This document shows, one piece after another, positions 14,268-33,500 of a stretch of 64,000 bases of DNA. The DNA is from Trichinella spiralis. Lineage: Eukaryota. Each line of letters starts with the position of its first letter. Within the stretch, counting starts at the first letter, position 1. Position numbers and translations under genes: made by a program. The DNA is taken from assembly GCF_000181795.1 (NCBI RefSeq), contig NW_003526948.1, positions 2,158,123 to 2,222,122 of the forward strand. Direction: 5' to 3'. Below the pieces are notes generated by a model. It was not told the origin of the DNA and made no database searches. It saw only the letters and a list, made by a program, of their open reading frames with translations.

Positions 14268-15566
14268 TTGGTTGAGAAGAATCTAAAACAAAATCACGCA
14301 AAAAAAATACAAAGTTCAGACGTCTGGTGAACGTTGTCAGAGAAGAGTAGCAAACGCAGAGATAGATGACTGCACAAATTTGAAATAAAGTAGAAAAATT
14401 ATTTGCAGTTCCATGCTGCACCAATTGACGAGTCATTTGAATAGAAAAGATTCATCATCCAACTAATTCACTGTTCAAATGAACAAATTTATTGACTAGA
14501 AATACGCAACAAAACACCAACAATGACGAATGCACTTTTATGCAAATGATACTGCATAAAATGTCATTCATTATTGACACTTTTATTGAAAAGAAAAATT
14601 TCCACTTTTTTTTCAATTATTATATTCAACTTTTATTATTCAATTCAACAATGCTGTTAATTTTGCAACCAGAAGTTTGTCTGAAGGAAAAAAGAGAAAA
14701 CCTACACAATGAATAATTTGCCGTAAGCAGTTTATAAGCCACTGCTTATTTATTCACTGCCGTACATATAATATATACACAAAAGAAGCACAGAAAAGTT
14801 GAACAACAAAAATTTCAGCCACAATAGCAGTTTGAAAAAAATAAAACATTTGATCAGTAAATTAAGAAATCATTTTTTCAAAAACAAATTATTTTTAAAA
14901 AAGTGTATAAATTTTAGCGGATTGTTGGCATTTTTGTATTATACAAGAAAAGTTTAAAAGTGAACTGACAGTTCAAAAAAATTTTCAAATCACCGTATCA
15001 AAAAAGAGGAATTAAAAAAATAAAAGAAATAGTCTAATCGGTCGACAATTATATACCAATTGACAGCATTGCAGTTTTGTTTGAAAATATTACAAGAAAT
15101 TATTTATCAAACAACAGCTTGAATATTAGGCGCTGGAAGAAAAGATAATCATAATTTTTCGTTATTAGATATACTTTTATGATAAAAAAAACAATTAAGC
15201 ATATTTCAAGCGTCTACAACGACGTACGAAAACTGTTTAAAGCGTCGGAACACTAGCAAATAGAATGAATGTTCTTTTCGTTTTGTGATTTGAAACGAAA
15301 GCGAAAAGGCACCACCATGTGCAAATGACAGAAAAAAGAAGAGAAAAATAAAAACAAATAAACAAGTGTATGTATCTGAAAAAGAATTGTCGAGAAGTGA
15401 AAATTTCGCATCGTGATAATTTAAATTAAGCAGTAAAATAATAAATTACAATAAACAGCATATCCAAAAGGAAAACAAAACTACTACAAAATGTTCAGCT
15501 GTTGAATGTTGTTGTTGCGTTGTGAAGGAAAGCAGTGACTTGACAAAAATTTATTCGACTCAATTG

Positions 15567-21035
<5,469 letters not shown>

Positions 21036-22317
21036 TTTGGCTGAAAAAAAATTATTATGGCTATTCAGTGACCCAACGATAAATAAAATCTAAAAATATG
21101 AAATTAATAAATAATCGCGTTCATTGCTGCTGTTCCGCGAACGATGCTAGCAAATCAAGATGCACAACACGCTGGAGAGGTTGATAGAAATTCAAAGAGA
21201 AAAAAACGAAAACAACAAAACAGCATGAAGAGAAGCAGAGAAAATTTTCGTTAAAACCAGTTTATCACTGTCATTACACATCTTTGAACAATCAAGTGTA
21301 AAGCAGTTGACAAAAAGGCCGTTGGCATCTGCGAGAAATACACACCTACAGAACTATCAAATGAATTAAACAAAATCAAGTACTTATTTCATAACCACAG
21401 TAAGTTATTCAAAAAAATACTCGCCATGAAAATCGGCGTTGGATTGTTTCAGCAATTTATTGAATGCAGTTTTTCTTAGTTTAAAAATTATTTCTACTTA
21501 TCAAACATAAATAATTTTAATTTATGAAACAACTGCTTACAGCAGCAATAACGTACATACTAGTCATAGCGATATTTCTTTGGTAACTGAACACTCCACT
21601 GGTAGTATTCGCATTTTTATTAAAATAAAAAACATTGAATTTGTGCATTACATAATTAATAATTTACTTATAAAAAGCATATTTCATTTTATAATTCCAT
21701 AATAATTTTTACTAAAATGATTGAATTGCTGCTGTTAGGTGCTTATAAAAAAACAAACTCAAAATTTCTCGTTCAGAAAATATCTGTTAATTTTTTTAAT
21801 TTATATGGCATTGTGAAAGACGAATCATAATAACAACTGCACATTTATTTCAACCACGAAATAATATTGAATTGAACTGAATAAAATTACAAATGAATAG
21901 GACACGAGAATAAATTCACCACAAATTTATGCCGAAAAAATGAAAATATTTTATTTTTGTTTTTATTTATTTCATTTATAAAATTTTAATAATTCAGTTT
22001 GAATATGTCAGCAAAAGTCTGCGCCCTGCGTCAATGATAAATAATCATCAGAACTTCCCAAGACAATTTTTTTATAATTTATTTGAAATAATAAGCTAAA
22101 ATAACATAAATTATCAAGAAATATGATAAAATTCAATTCCAGAAAAACATTAATTGCTGAAAAATAGAATATTAAATGAAAAATAATATACAATGTGAAC
22201 TGATGACAACAGTAGGTGAAAATACTATATTTTCATTTCAAAAGAAGATGATAAGCTTAAAAAAAAATAAATTATTCTGAAAAAGAAAACATTAAAAAAA
22301 ATTTCATATCACTAGAA

Positions 22318-23217
22318 TTAGGCAGTAAACCACTCAGAAATTTCTTCGAGTGGAGATAGATCAGAAATCATCAAGCTTTTGAACTTATCAATGAACCAAT
22401 CGTAGTCGATTGAATCATCATAAGCAAGAGAACTCAGTTTTTCATAAATCTGGTAGACAGTTTCTGGTTTGCAACCAATCAGTTCTGTGGGGGAAATGCA
22501 GAACTTTTGTACAGCTACAATTGATTTGAAACGTCCACACCACGGAAGAGTCCCACTGCTAATTTTCAAAAAACTGTAAAACACACTAAACAAGTCATCG
22601 ACGGGGCCATACGGTTTCCCCATGTGGACGTTGGGGGATGAATAATTAATTGATCCCACAAATGGAACCTTACTCTGCGGCTTCACCGTTTCACAATAAT
22701 TTTCAATGGACTTTGCAGTTCCAAAATCAGTCAGATATACATTGAGGACTGTTCCGATTCTTTTGACGAGAAAATTTGCTGGCTTAATGTCGCGGTGCAC
22801 AAACCCAGCTTTGTGAAGCTTTTTCAGTGCTTCAACAAAATTATAGGCAAAATATGCCGACGTTGACAGAGAAAATTTGCCCATTTCTGACCGCTGCAAC
22901 AGTTTCGCTACACTTGCATCGGCGAGCTCCATTACAATATAATGGCAGGCGTGCTGTTTGCCACACCCATAATATTCCAAAAAATGATGGACACCTTGCA
23001 TTGCTTCCATTACTTTAGCCTCTTTCAAAATGGTTTCCCCTTTCCCATATCTTCCGTACTTCTTCAGTTCTATTTTCACAGCTACTCGTTGTCCAGACCC
23101 TTCGTCAATTGCTTCAAAAACCGCACCGAAACTACCAACGCCCAATTTCCTAACCATTTCAAAACGGCCAAACAGGACGCTTCCAGGTTGAATTTCCGCA
23201 AGTTGACCACTGTCCAT
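22318..23217 (-). CDS. Intronless Ser/Thr kinase of the CK1 group (CK1/TTBK-like), 299 aa
   Basis: LGVGSFG, VAVKIE, YIVMEL, HRDIKPANF, DFG, and the CK1-type GSINYSS in place of APE; G-LPW motif. Single uninterrupted ORF, first ATG at 23217. Confidence 0.92.
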   Translation of the reverse strand: MDSGQLAEIQPGSVLFGRFEMVRKLGVGSFGAVFEAIDEGSGQRVAVKIELKKYGRYGKGETILKEAKVMEAMQGVHHFLEYYGCGKQHACHYIVMELADASVAKLLQRSEMGKFSLSTSAYFAYNFVEALKKLHKAGFVHRDIKPANFLVKRIGTVLNVYLTDFGTAKSIENYCETVKPQSKVPFVGSINYSSPNVHMGKPYGPVDDLFSVFYSFLKISSGTLPWCGRFKSIVAVQKFCISPTELIGCKPETVYQIYEKLSSLAYDDSIDYDWFIDKFKSLMISDLSPLEEISEWFTA

Positions 23218-24684
23218 TGCCAAAGATGGATGAAAACAAAATAAAAATTATTTTGCAAGTTTTGCGTTGAGCAATAGCGTTTTAAAGTTATTTCTTTTAA
23301 GCATAAATTGTTTAAAGCTGAAAGAATTGTTTAAATTTAAACAAAGCAGTTAAGATAAATACTTGGTGTGATTTACTTTATACAATTAAATAAAATTTTT
23401 TTTAATTATGCTTTTCATTATGTCAGCAATAAGCTATGATCAAAATTTTTGAATTGCCAAAGTATTCTCATAGCATTACATTCAGGGTTTTATATATAAT
23501 TCAGTAATTAAATTTCAAAATTAAAAATCTGAAAAAACGCTATTAAATGTACAAATAAAATAAACTTGAATTTTTGGGCAAATACAAATTAGAATAGATC
23601 TTTTCACCTTTTAATTCATCACCCGACCAATCATTTCATCACTGCAAATAAGTGCGTTTCTTTTTTGCATGCATCGCACACCATACCGCCAACGGCATTA
23701 ATGCAAAGCCAAAGCAAAATGACCTGCTACCTCTCTTGCTTATTATTATATTCTTCCAGTTTTTAATTTTAATGGAACAGTAGCTTTATCGTGTCGCATC
23801 TATTTATTTGTAGATTAATTTTATCATCATTTATACTTCATTTTACGTCATTGCCATCTAAATAAATTTGTTCAAAATAATATTTAGTAGCTAAAAAACT
23901 TCACTAGAATGCAAATGTACTGGAAGTCCTTGTATCTCACCATATAAAGAATTCAGAATGAAATTTCATAATATCTGTATAAAAACAGCGGCTTTTGGAA
24001 ACAATTCAAATGGTTTAAATTGAAATGTTAAATGACATTTTGATCCAACAATTCATGCTTTGATTTTTTAGCGATGTTTTCCAAGGTAAAATAACAGTGC
24101 TAACAATGAGCGGTGCTTGTCAGTAAGGTTTTAATTTGCAATTCAGCTCGATTGGGCAAACACATTTCAGAATAATAACAAAAAATTCTAAAACTGATTC
24201 AATTTATACAGGAATAGAACATTTATTCTGACATCTGATCAGGAGCCATCATGATGTAATCCAGCTTTGAGACGTGTTTTCCAGTGATACAATTTGTTCT
24301 TTGACGAAAGCAACTTTGTTTGCACGTAGTTTAAATAACGCCTCTCTCAACTTTGAACACTTTTAACAATGAAAAAAGCTACGGTAAAAAAATTTTTTTC
24401 TATTCATTGAAAAAATACCCTCTGCTAACAGATTTTGTACTTTCTGCTGTTTATTTATTTATTAAATAAATTGTTGGAACTGGATTGACAATTTGCTAAA
24501 TTTTTATCTTGCGCAGAGTTGTTTTATCTACTATTTGCTAGTATTTGCAAATCGGTCTGAAAGGAACCGGCCCGTTATTTATTTTACTGGCCAATAAAGT
24601 TCTGGCTAGTTGAATGATCACTCACACGGATGCTTTTCATTTGTGGAACAGCTAGCTTTTCATTTGTATCACCCACTGGTGCTT

Positions 24685-24694
24685 TTATATAAAT
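24685..24694 (+). promoter_or_regulatory. Candidate TATA box of the calponin/transgelin gene
   Basis: TATATAAA about 70 bp upstream of the ATG. The AT-rich background lowers specificity. Confidence 0.35.
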
Positions 24695-24756
24695 CAATCG
24701 AATCAGTTTAGCAGCCAAAGTTTGTCAAATATCTTCGTTAATAAAAGCTTTCAAAC

Positions 24757-25668
24757 ATGTCAAGAAGACCGAGAGGATATGGATTAGGACAAGCTGTCCT
24801 AGACAAGGTAAACAAATAAGAAATCATAAAACGACATTTCAATGGCATTATTTAATTTAAATGTCTTAATCAACAAACCTTTTCATTACCAGCTTTTAGT
24901 AATTACAAATATTAAACGCAGTGCATCCATTCACAATTTGCATTCTGCAGTTCATTTTACATTGAATAAGCTTTATTACCTTATTAACTGTATAAAGATA
25001 AAGGAAAAATGTTTATGCTGAAACAGTTATTTATTTACTCAGTCAAAATAAATCCATCTTTATCTTGCTTTTTTTAACTTAGCAAAGTAAATTTCATTTA
25101 ATAATCAAATTTAAACATTCATATCAATTTCACGTATATCATGAATTTTGTTTACAACGTTTTACTGCGATCCGTTAGCAAGCAGGAAAATTCAATTCTG
25201 AAGAAGGGAAACATTTGCTAGAGTGGATTAAACAAATTACCAAAAAAGAGTTCCCGACTGATGGTGATTATGAAAGTTTTGCAAAAACTTTGCGAGATGG
25301 AACTATACTCTGCAAGTACGTCAACACCGAGCTTTGTGTTAACTAATAATGCAAATAAATGATTTAGTTTGATAAATGCCATCTCACCAGGAAAAATAAA
25401 AAAGATCAACCAATCCAAGACAAATTTTGCCAATATGGAAAATATACATCAATTTGTACAAGCATGTCGTGATTTTGGTGTGCCTGACCAAGAGACTTTT
25501 CAAACTATTGATCTGTTTGAATCCCGAGATTTATTTTCAGTCTGTGTGACGTTGAAATCTCTTGGAAGAAAGGTAAAATCTTTTTCAGTTTTATAGATAA
25601 TTTATATTTCTTACATTTAGGCAAAAGATTTTGGTATAGAAGGTCCTAAACAGATGAAGATGAAATGA
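24757..25668 (+). CDS. Calponin/transgelin (myophilin, cpn-3-like) single-CH-domain protein, 4 exons
   Basis: Exons read [17 protein letters not shown] / [17 protein letters not shown]...LRDGTILC / LINAISPG...[29 protein letters not shown]...LGRK / [19 protein letters not shown]. GT-AG introns. No C-terminal calponin repeat. Confidence 0.93.
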
Positions 25669-25800
25669 TTTTTAAAACGCTTTGCCATATAAATTTGAGA
25701 TAACTAAATAAAATTTTATTTCCTTTTCACTTTAGTATTTTTGAATACCATAGCATGCAATAATCTTTAATAAAGAACAATAACAAAAGAGGAAATCAGC

Positions 25801-27084
25801 TCATCCGTAGCCACCGATCATTGGAAGTCCTAATGTGTAAAGAGTTCTAACTTGGGGCTTGGCTTCTTTTTCGTCCACAACTGGCAAAGATTGACAACTC
25901 ATTGGACATTCCCCTGCATCATCACCTGCTTCTCCTGGTGGGCCCCTCTCTCCCATTTCACCAAGCTCACCTCGTTTTCCTGGATGACCCTTTGGACCAC
26001 GTGCTCCTTGATCACCTGGTAATCCTGCACGCAAAAAACAGATTTTATTTACAAAAAAATTGCTGTAAACAAACATACCTGGTTTCATGTATGGTATTCC
26101 TGGACGTCCTGGATAACCTCGAGGTCCACAAGGTCCACTTGGTCCAACTGGACCCTTTTCTCCTCTACCACCCACAACCTAATTATAAGTCACAATTATA
26201 AAACGTATCTTAAAACTAAAATGAGACATACATCATCTCCTGGCAAACCTTTAGCACCCTGAACTCCTTTCGGACCTTTAGCTCCACGAGGACCGTTAAT
26301 TCCAGGTGAACCTTGAATTCCAGGTTTACCCGGCTGTCCCGGCGGTCCTCGAATTCCTGGAGGTCCTGGAATTCCTTCATTACCCTAAACATATGCTGCA
26401 TGAATAAAATAAAATAAAATATACAGATTGACTTAATATGATAATGTGTCTTGAGGACGTACCGTTTCTCCTGGAAAACCTTTCGGACCAGCAGGGCATA
26501 TTTGACACGGATATCTGACTGCTTGTTCACCTGGTACATCAAGGCCGTTTACTCCTGGCTTTCCAGGCTGGCCATTTATTCCTGGCCGACCATCTTGGCC
26601 TGACAAAAAAGCATTGAAATTGAACATTTTTATTACTGATATGAAATATAACTTACCAGGAAATCCTTGTGGCCCAGGTGGTCCAGGAAGACAGTTCATT
26701 GTTGCACATCCTAATGTAAATCACAAAGCTGAATCGCTGTACTTGAAATCAGAAACACATACCTGTGCACTGAGTATTTTTGTCAACCGTTATGAAGCTT
26801 CTTTTCTGTATTCTACTGTGCTGTAAATCTTTTACATCACTCCAGATTCCATCAGATAATTTCTAATAATAAAGCAATTAGCAAAATGTTCTGTTATTAA
26901 AATTACTCACCAATAGTAATTCTACTCGATTTGCCACATCATCTTTTCTATTTTGCAAGCGAACATTAAAAGCTGATAAAAATACTCCCAAAAATATCAG
27001 TGTTAAGATGTTGAGAATCTGTCCAAAAATGGCAGATTTATGTACTTCTGAACTAATGCCTGAAGACTGAAGCTTTGGTTTCAT
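25801..27084 (-). CDS. Nematode cuticle collagen, multi-exon
   Basis: N-terminal hydrophobic segment, basic site RIQKR, Cys cluster [15 protein letters not shown], interrupted Gly-X-Y blocks ([10 protein letters not shown]), C-terminal CPMSC. Confidence 0.93.
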
Positions 27085-30000
27085 TTTGAACACCACGAAG
27101 ATAAGTAATACTCATCGACTGGGAAACTGAAATGTAATTTCATAGTTTTAACATTGATTAAGGTTATTGACATCAGGTTGGTCAACTGGACACTGGTCAT
27201 TTGAATGGAAAAAAAGGTCAATGAATTTAGCTTGGCATCTTTTGCGTTTCATTCATTTGCCTCATATTGATATAAAAATGACTACGATGGTACAATTTTC
27301 AATTATATATTTTTTCAGATTTTTATATGTGACTATTTATGCTGAAGAACTTTTTCCATTCTGTATGAAGCACGATTTTTCAGACTGTAAAAACAGGATT
27401 TTAATTAAAAAAATTTGATCATGCAGATACAATCATGCAATAATAAATGAATAAATATAAATTGCTTGCTTACAGTTGCGTGGGGAATCATTCGGTTTGT
27501 GATACTAACTTTCATAACTTTCAAGTTGAGTTTTCCGCTTTTTGATCAAGTCAAAATTCAGTAAATTTGACCTGAAAAATACAAATTATTTGAATATTAT
27601 TATTCACAAATAATTGGCAAAAATTTTTCCAAAATTCAATGAATACAATTTTAAGAAATCAACTCTGATATTTAAAATATGCAATTTACAAATGAATTTA
27701 CAAAAAAAAAATTCCCACAACAACCATTTAGTAAAAATTTTCAAGTAGTTATCTTTTTCTTTGAGTTGTGTTTCAATGAGTAACATGAACGGATACTAGC
27801 TTTAAATGGGAATTAAAAATTTTATTAAATCACCAGTAATCACTTCATGCTCAATATTGTTGTTCTGCAACATTTTTTGTGAGTCAGTTTAGTTTTATAA
27901 AAATTCCATGAAATGCTTTACAGTTTATCTATCGACTGAAAAATTGTGAAAATTTCCAAATACTGCGTTATTATGGAAGAAATCAAGAACTTTCTTGAAA
28001 CGTAATAATTATATACATAAGGAAAATAAAATGAATGTATTGCACATTTGAAGATGTGTTATAATTCAATGCATAATATATAAATGCGCACAGTGTTATA
28101 ATTCAATTTCAAAATTTTAAGATTTTCCTTAAAGCAACAATTTGACTAGCCTTATATTCAACAGGCCATTTTATTATTCACAGTGTCAAACATTATGGTA
28201 AGTTAGTTCATAGCATTTATTTTTTCCACAGTAATTAAAAATGATTAATTGCATTTTCATTCTTTATCAAAATGTCGAATCTAATTTTAATTATTTCCTT
28301 GTAAGTTATATTTAAAAAATAATGAAAAACACTTCGGCTAAAAAAATTTTTTCCTAAAACAAAACAATGAATTCTACCCAAACTTTATCAGTGGCATATA
28401 TTATATTTCTTATTTCTGTTCTGAATTAATGCTCTGTAGTTAAATCTGTAAACTTTATTCAACATTAATTGCTTTGATTATATAATATCATTCATGTAGC
28501 AAAACTGAATATGCATTTTTATAATGTATGAATATGCTTAATTTTCATGCATGCTAATTATGAAAAAATTGAACAATCATAATGTTTTTTTACGCAATCA
28601 ATGTATAATGCTGATATTTACTTTGAAGATGAAGATAAATTCTGCAATGCTTCCAAATTTTCGTGTGGTATTTCGTTTAAGGCGAGTTGAACAGTAAGTA
28701 TATTTGTTTATTTAAATTTATTACCATCGTGCTTTTAATTATACAGCATTATCATAATATCTGCGTGAATTAACTTGAAAAAATTTACATATAATAAATT
28801 TTGTTACTTCCCCATTATGGCAAGGAACATCCAAATGCACTTGAGTTGAGTTCTTCGATCAATAGAAAAAGAAAAAAGGGAAAGATAGTGAGAAAAAGAA
28901 AGAGCTACATGCTTTTAACCATTATTCAGTAAATCTGACTAATTTACATCAAACTAACAATTCAATGATCGCTTAGTTCTATTTTAAAATCTATTTCTAA
29001 TGTGTTCACCATTTTCACTTTTCCAGTCTCATCTTGTTACATTTTAATGGAAATTTTATCAAAATTCCATTTTATGATATTAATAATTTTTCATGAACAA
29101 TATTTCGCATGCGATCTATTGTTCGAATAAACAGAATAATTCTTTTGCCATGCGTGCTACTTTTGCTAAAAGAAATACAGTTGTCAATGTTGCTGACTCT
29201 TCTTTGCGTGCACGTAACGGAAGCTCTTTTTTGTGAAAAAGTTTTAAATGTGACGTCAAACCTGTAGAAAGCCAAGAAAGCTTTTCATAATCAATTATTA
29301 AACTTTGCCTTTTAATTTATTTACTTTAACTACGTTCCATTCTTATCAATTACGAGCAATTATATAAAATTATGAAATCACGTTTCGCTATTAAACATCA
29401 AAGATGCTATCTTCTTTATGTAACAGGTTTTCTAGTTCATGGTCAAAATAAAAAGCATTCTTGTTGGAAAAAAACATATGCAGATATATATATACCCCAT
29501 TCTTCAAAGTTAAAAGTCCAATTAACTGAGACAAAATCATCAGTCGGCTAGTTATAACCACTGCTATAAAATTATTTTATCTTATAAATGCATTTGCGCA
29601 AAATTCTTGCAAAATGAATAAACGAAGCTTCTTCACAAATGAAATGGCTATTTTTGAAACATCCAAACGTCAGATTGTGCTTCTCAAAACAACTGCAAAA
29701 CATCGCTAATGAGTAATTATTAAACTAAAGCAGAGACATATAATATGTGTGCATGGATATATATTTAACTATTAGTCAGTCGTTTATCATTCTAGTTAGT
29801 CTTTTCGTGCTTTTTTGAAATGCTTTTGGCTCTGCTTGACGAGAAATTTGAGAAGAAAATTTTTTGTGATATATATATATATATATAATATACATTTCGA
29901 AAAAAATTAATACGCCATGTTTTATGTTTCATTAAATGAAGCATAATTAATTTTTCATCATCAAGTAATCAAATGATGATGATTTGCTCAAGCTGTTAAC

Positions 30001-30121
30001 GTGAGAACGGTTGATAAAGCAGAAGATTAAGAGAAAGAACAAAATTTCTTACTAACGATGAAGAACAGCTTCTTATCAACATCTCTGAACGCTGAATCCT
30101 ACTTGGTAATTATGAATTTAA

Positions 30122-30137
30122 ACAATAGGTGGCGCTA
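30122..30137 (+). promoter_or_regulatory. CTCF-like motif upstream of the FLVCR-like gene
   Basis: ACAATAGGTGGCGCTA; the 11-nt AGGTGGCGCTA matches the CTCF core consensus. Motif match only. Confidence 0.35.
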
Positions 30138-30581
30138 TTAGCCAGCAATTGTTGCTTTCTGGCCGGTATGCGCAACTGGTTGGCTTTTCAACATTGTAGG
30201 CGTGTTACTATCATACAGGTAATATAACTCTGGAGGGCAACTTGGACAAGTGCAAGGAAATTTTTAAGAAAGCGGTAGAAGCAAGCTGTGCTGACAGTGA
30301 TGCGCTGTCGCGAGTTTTCTGCTTTTATCGTTGATCGATATTCTTCGCCTAGCACAAATAAGCTTGCTTCTTTTCGTAAAGAATTGCAAAATATATATAG
30401 CTAGCAAGTTAGTTAACCGACTAAGCTAGTTGTTGCCAGCAACAGCTGGCGCGCGTGTTGTTCCAGCCCCTGGTTCTACAGCAAACAACTGAAGCGTTCA
30501 TTTTTATTGTTTTTTATTGTTTGTTTTTTATATGAAACTTTTTACAGCGGTTCAAACGATCAGTTAACTAGCAGTGGGCAG

Positions 30582-33500
30582 ATGAGTGAAGCCAAACTGC
30601 ATGCACCCTGGGAAGAGCAGTGCGAAACATCTTTGCAAGATTCTGATGAAAAATTGCAAGGCGATACAGAATTGCAAAAGCAAACATCAACAATGAAAGA
30701 ACAATCCACTCCTGTACAACCATGCTTGTATAAGCGCAGATGGATTGTGTTGACAATTTTTTGCATGCTGTCTATGTCCAATTCGTTCCAATGGATCCAA
30801 TATGCCACAGTTGGAAATGTGATCGTCGATTATTATGATGTCTCTTACACTGCCGTCGACTGGACTTCACTTATTTACATGATAGCTTATATTCCTCTCA
30901 TTCTACCGGCTACTTGGGTGATGGATCGCTACGGCTTACGTTTGGTGCTTATTTTAGGCTCCTTTGGAAATTGTCTAGGCTCTTGGATTAAGTGCACATC
31001 AGCTGCTCCGACGCGTTTCGCTATTGCATTTCTTGGTCAGACAATTGTTGGATCATCTCAGATATTTATACTTTGCGTTCCGCCGAAATTAGCTGCCGTC
31101 TGGTTCGGCCGTAACGAAGTCTCCACAGCTACCGCGATAGGAGTGTTCGGCAATCAGGTATGATAATATATTACTAATTATTCTGCTCAAATAATTTTTA
31201 CCCTTATAAAATCATAAGAAAAATTTTTGATAAAAATATTCAAACTATATGCTTATTTTTATGCTTATCTTTTGATAGTATTTTACGGTTTATCTAATTT
31301 TAAAATCACTCATCAAAACCATCCATCAATCAAAAATTCATTCATCAAAAAAAAATCATCATTCAAAACAACATCCCAACAATGCATTACTTTATACATT
31401 TAGCTGTCAAGATGGACAGAAAATTGTTATACATGAGCAAATTGCTAATTAATAATAAGGAATGTCAATTCACATTTAAGTAATTAATCACAATTTTGTT
31501 TCCGGCGTTTATTGATGTAGAAGTTTATGAAATTTCATTGCTGAAATGCATTTTCACTTCTTTATGATGAATTCGCGACTAATAAAATCGCTTATACACT
31601 TTCAGGAATTAGAGGAAGGCTTTTTTACTTGCTTTATTTACAATATGGTTTTCCTAGATCTGAGCTATGCTGTAAACTTGCGTAAAAAATGTTTTGCTTT
31701 TAGGTATGCTTAAATGTCAAACAAAGAATTTTTATAAATCAATTTCATTAATACAACATTTCATTAGATAATAATAGTCATAATAAAAGTACAAATGTCG
31801 TTCTTGTGATAAGCATTAAATCTGAATATGTTAAAAAGTTATTGTGGTTTTTGTTGTATTTCTTTTACAAATATCTTACTGGATGATTTGCATCGAATGT
31901 CATCTAATACTAACCAAAAGTAGATTTTCTGTAAAAATATTTTCTGATATTGTTTTATGAATGCATCTGAGCTATCCCATCTTTAATTATAAATATTACA
32001 ATGTAGTGTATTATTTTTAGAAAGTAAATATATTGCACGGATAATGTTACTGAGACTGATGGAGAATTTCAAACTGTGTTATTCGTACAAAATTAAACAT
32101 AAGCAGTAAAAGGAAAAACTATTGTTGTTAGATGGCAAATTAATAGCGTCATGATAATAATAAAAATAGCATAGCATAATGTAATAGTTATGTAATAACT
32201 ACTGCTATACTCTATGCTTGGCATTTGCCTTTGACATTTCATTTGGTTAATATGATCGAGGGAATACAATTAAAATGTTGAAAGACATGGTATTGTAATT
32301 TTTTGAATACTTTATTAGTTGAAAGTTCACTGCTTTACTGAAAACATGCGAAGGGGGTGTATTTTCTTACCTGGCATTTTATTTGATCGAATCGTTTTGC
32401 AAACATTTTTTTGAACAGAAAAGATGTTGATAAATGTAATTAATTTTGGTAGCATACTTGTTTGCGGCTTATATTTAAAAATTGGAAACAGAAACGACCA
32501 TCTTTGTGTTTCAGCAAGCTGATAAACATGTAAAACGAGCTGTGCACTTTAAAATGATTAGCAAGACAAGTGAATCAATTAATTCTACACTTTTAGAGTT
32601 AATTACTTGTTGTTGCTTCCGTTAGAATTGATAAACAACGATTATGTTTCACAAAACATTTGCTCGTTATTTTCAAACTGTTCTGGGGGAAAATAAATTT
32701 TGAAGGAAAAATTACACGCTGCTGTCAATCAGACACACAAGACAACTATGAAAAGTTGACCAGCATCTAAAGCTTTGCTTCAAATGTGTTCAGGTAAAAC
32801 TGACGTCACCCATTGTCCCACACGGTCTCCAAAACAGGCGTGACATGGAATAAATGCTTTATTAAAATTTCAAGTTGTTTTTCTCAATATAAATATAAAA
32901 ACTGCAGCTTACTCACATAGTTGCTGACTAGCGATTCAGGGGATTTTGCATGCAGATTCAAATTATACGCATAAGAAATTTTTGTCAGTAATCGATCATG
33001 CTTGAAGCAGCTAACGAGCTCGCATATAATAAATGAAACTTACACCAATCGTCAATGGAATTTTCTTCATCAACTTTTAGTTTTGCTTTCAGTTGCGTAG
33101 CTTTCAGCAGTTGCATTTCAAAAAATTGGTTTCCTTCCTTATTAGAGCGTCAACACGATTGAAACAGTATGTTATTAATCACTTTTAGTTTGCATATCAT
33201 TTTTGTGAATGTTTGCATTTGTTTTGAAATACAATTTTACATAGTAATCTATATTTCTATCAAAAATAGATATTGTTAAAAGAAAAGCATTTTTTTATCA
33301 CTGAATGGCTGTTAGTTAAACAGGTAAATAATGTGTGCTGCAATAAATAATTGTTGTTGCAATGTGTTTCCGTTGCAACAGATGAACCGATGAGGTGCTT
33401 TATTGCAGTGCAAATCATTTTGAAAGCGGTTTTAAATATTCTATTCAATATGCTTTTTCAAACTGACAATACACAACGACTTCATTTAAGCTGAAATAGT

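Noticed and set aside
27100..30100. Hidden gene or ncRNA between the collagen and FLVCR genes
   Set aside because: Only short AT-biased ORFs; no tRNA, snRNA or SL RNA signature recognised by eye.
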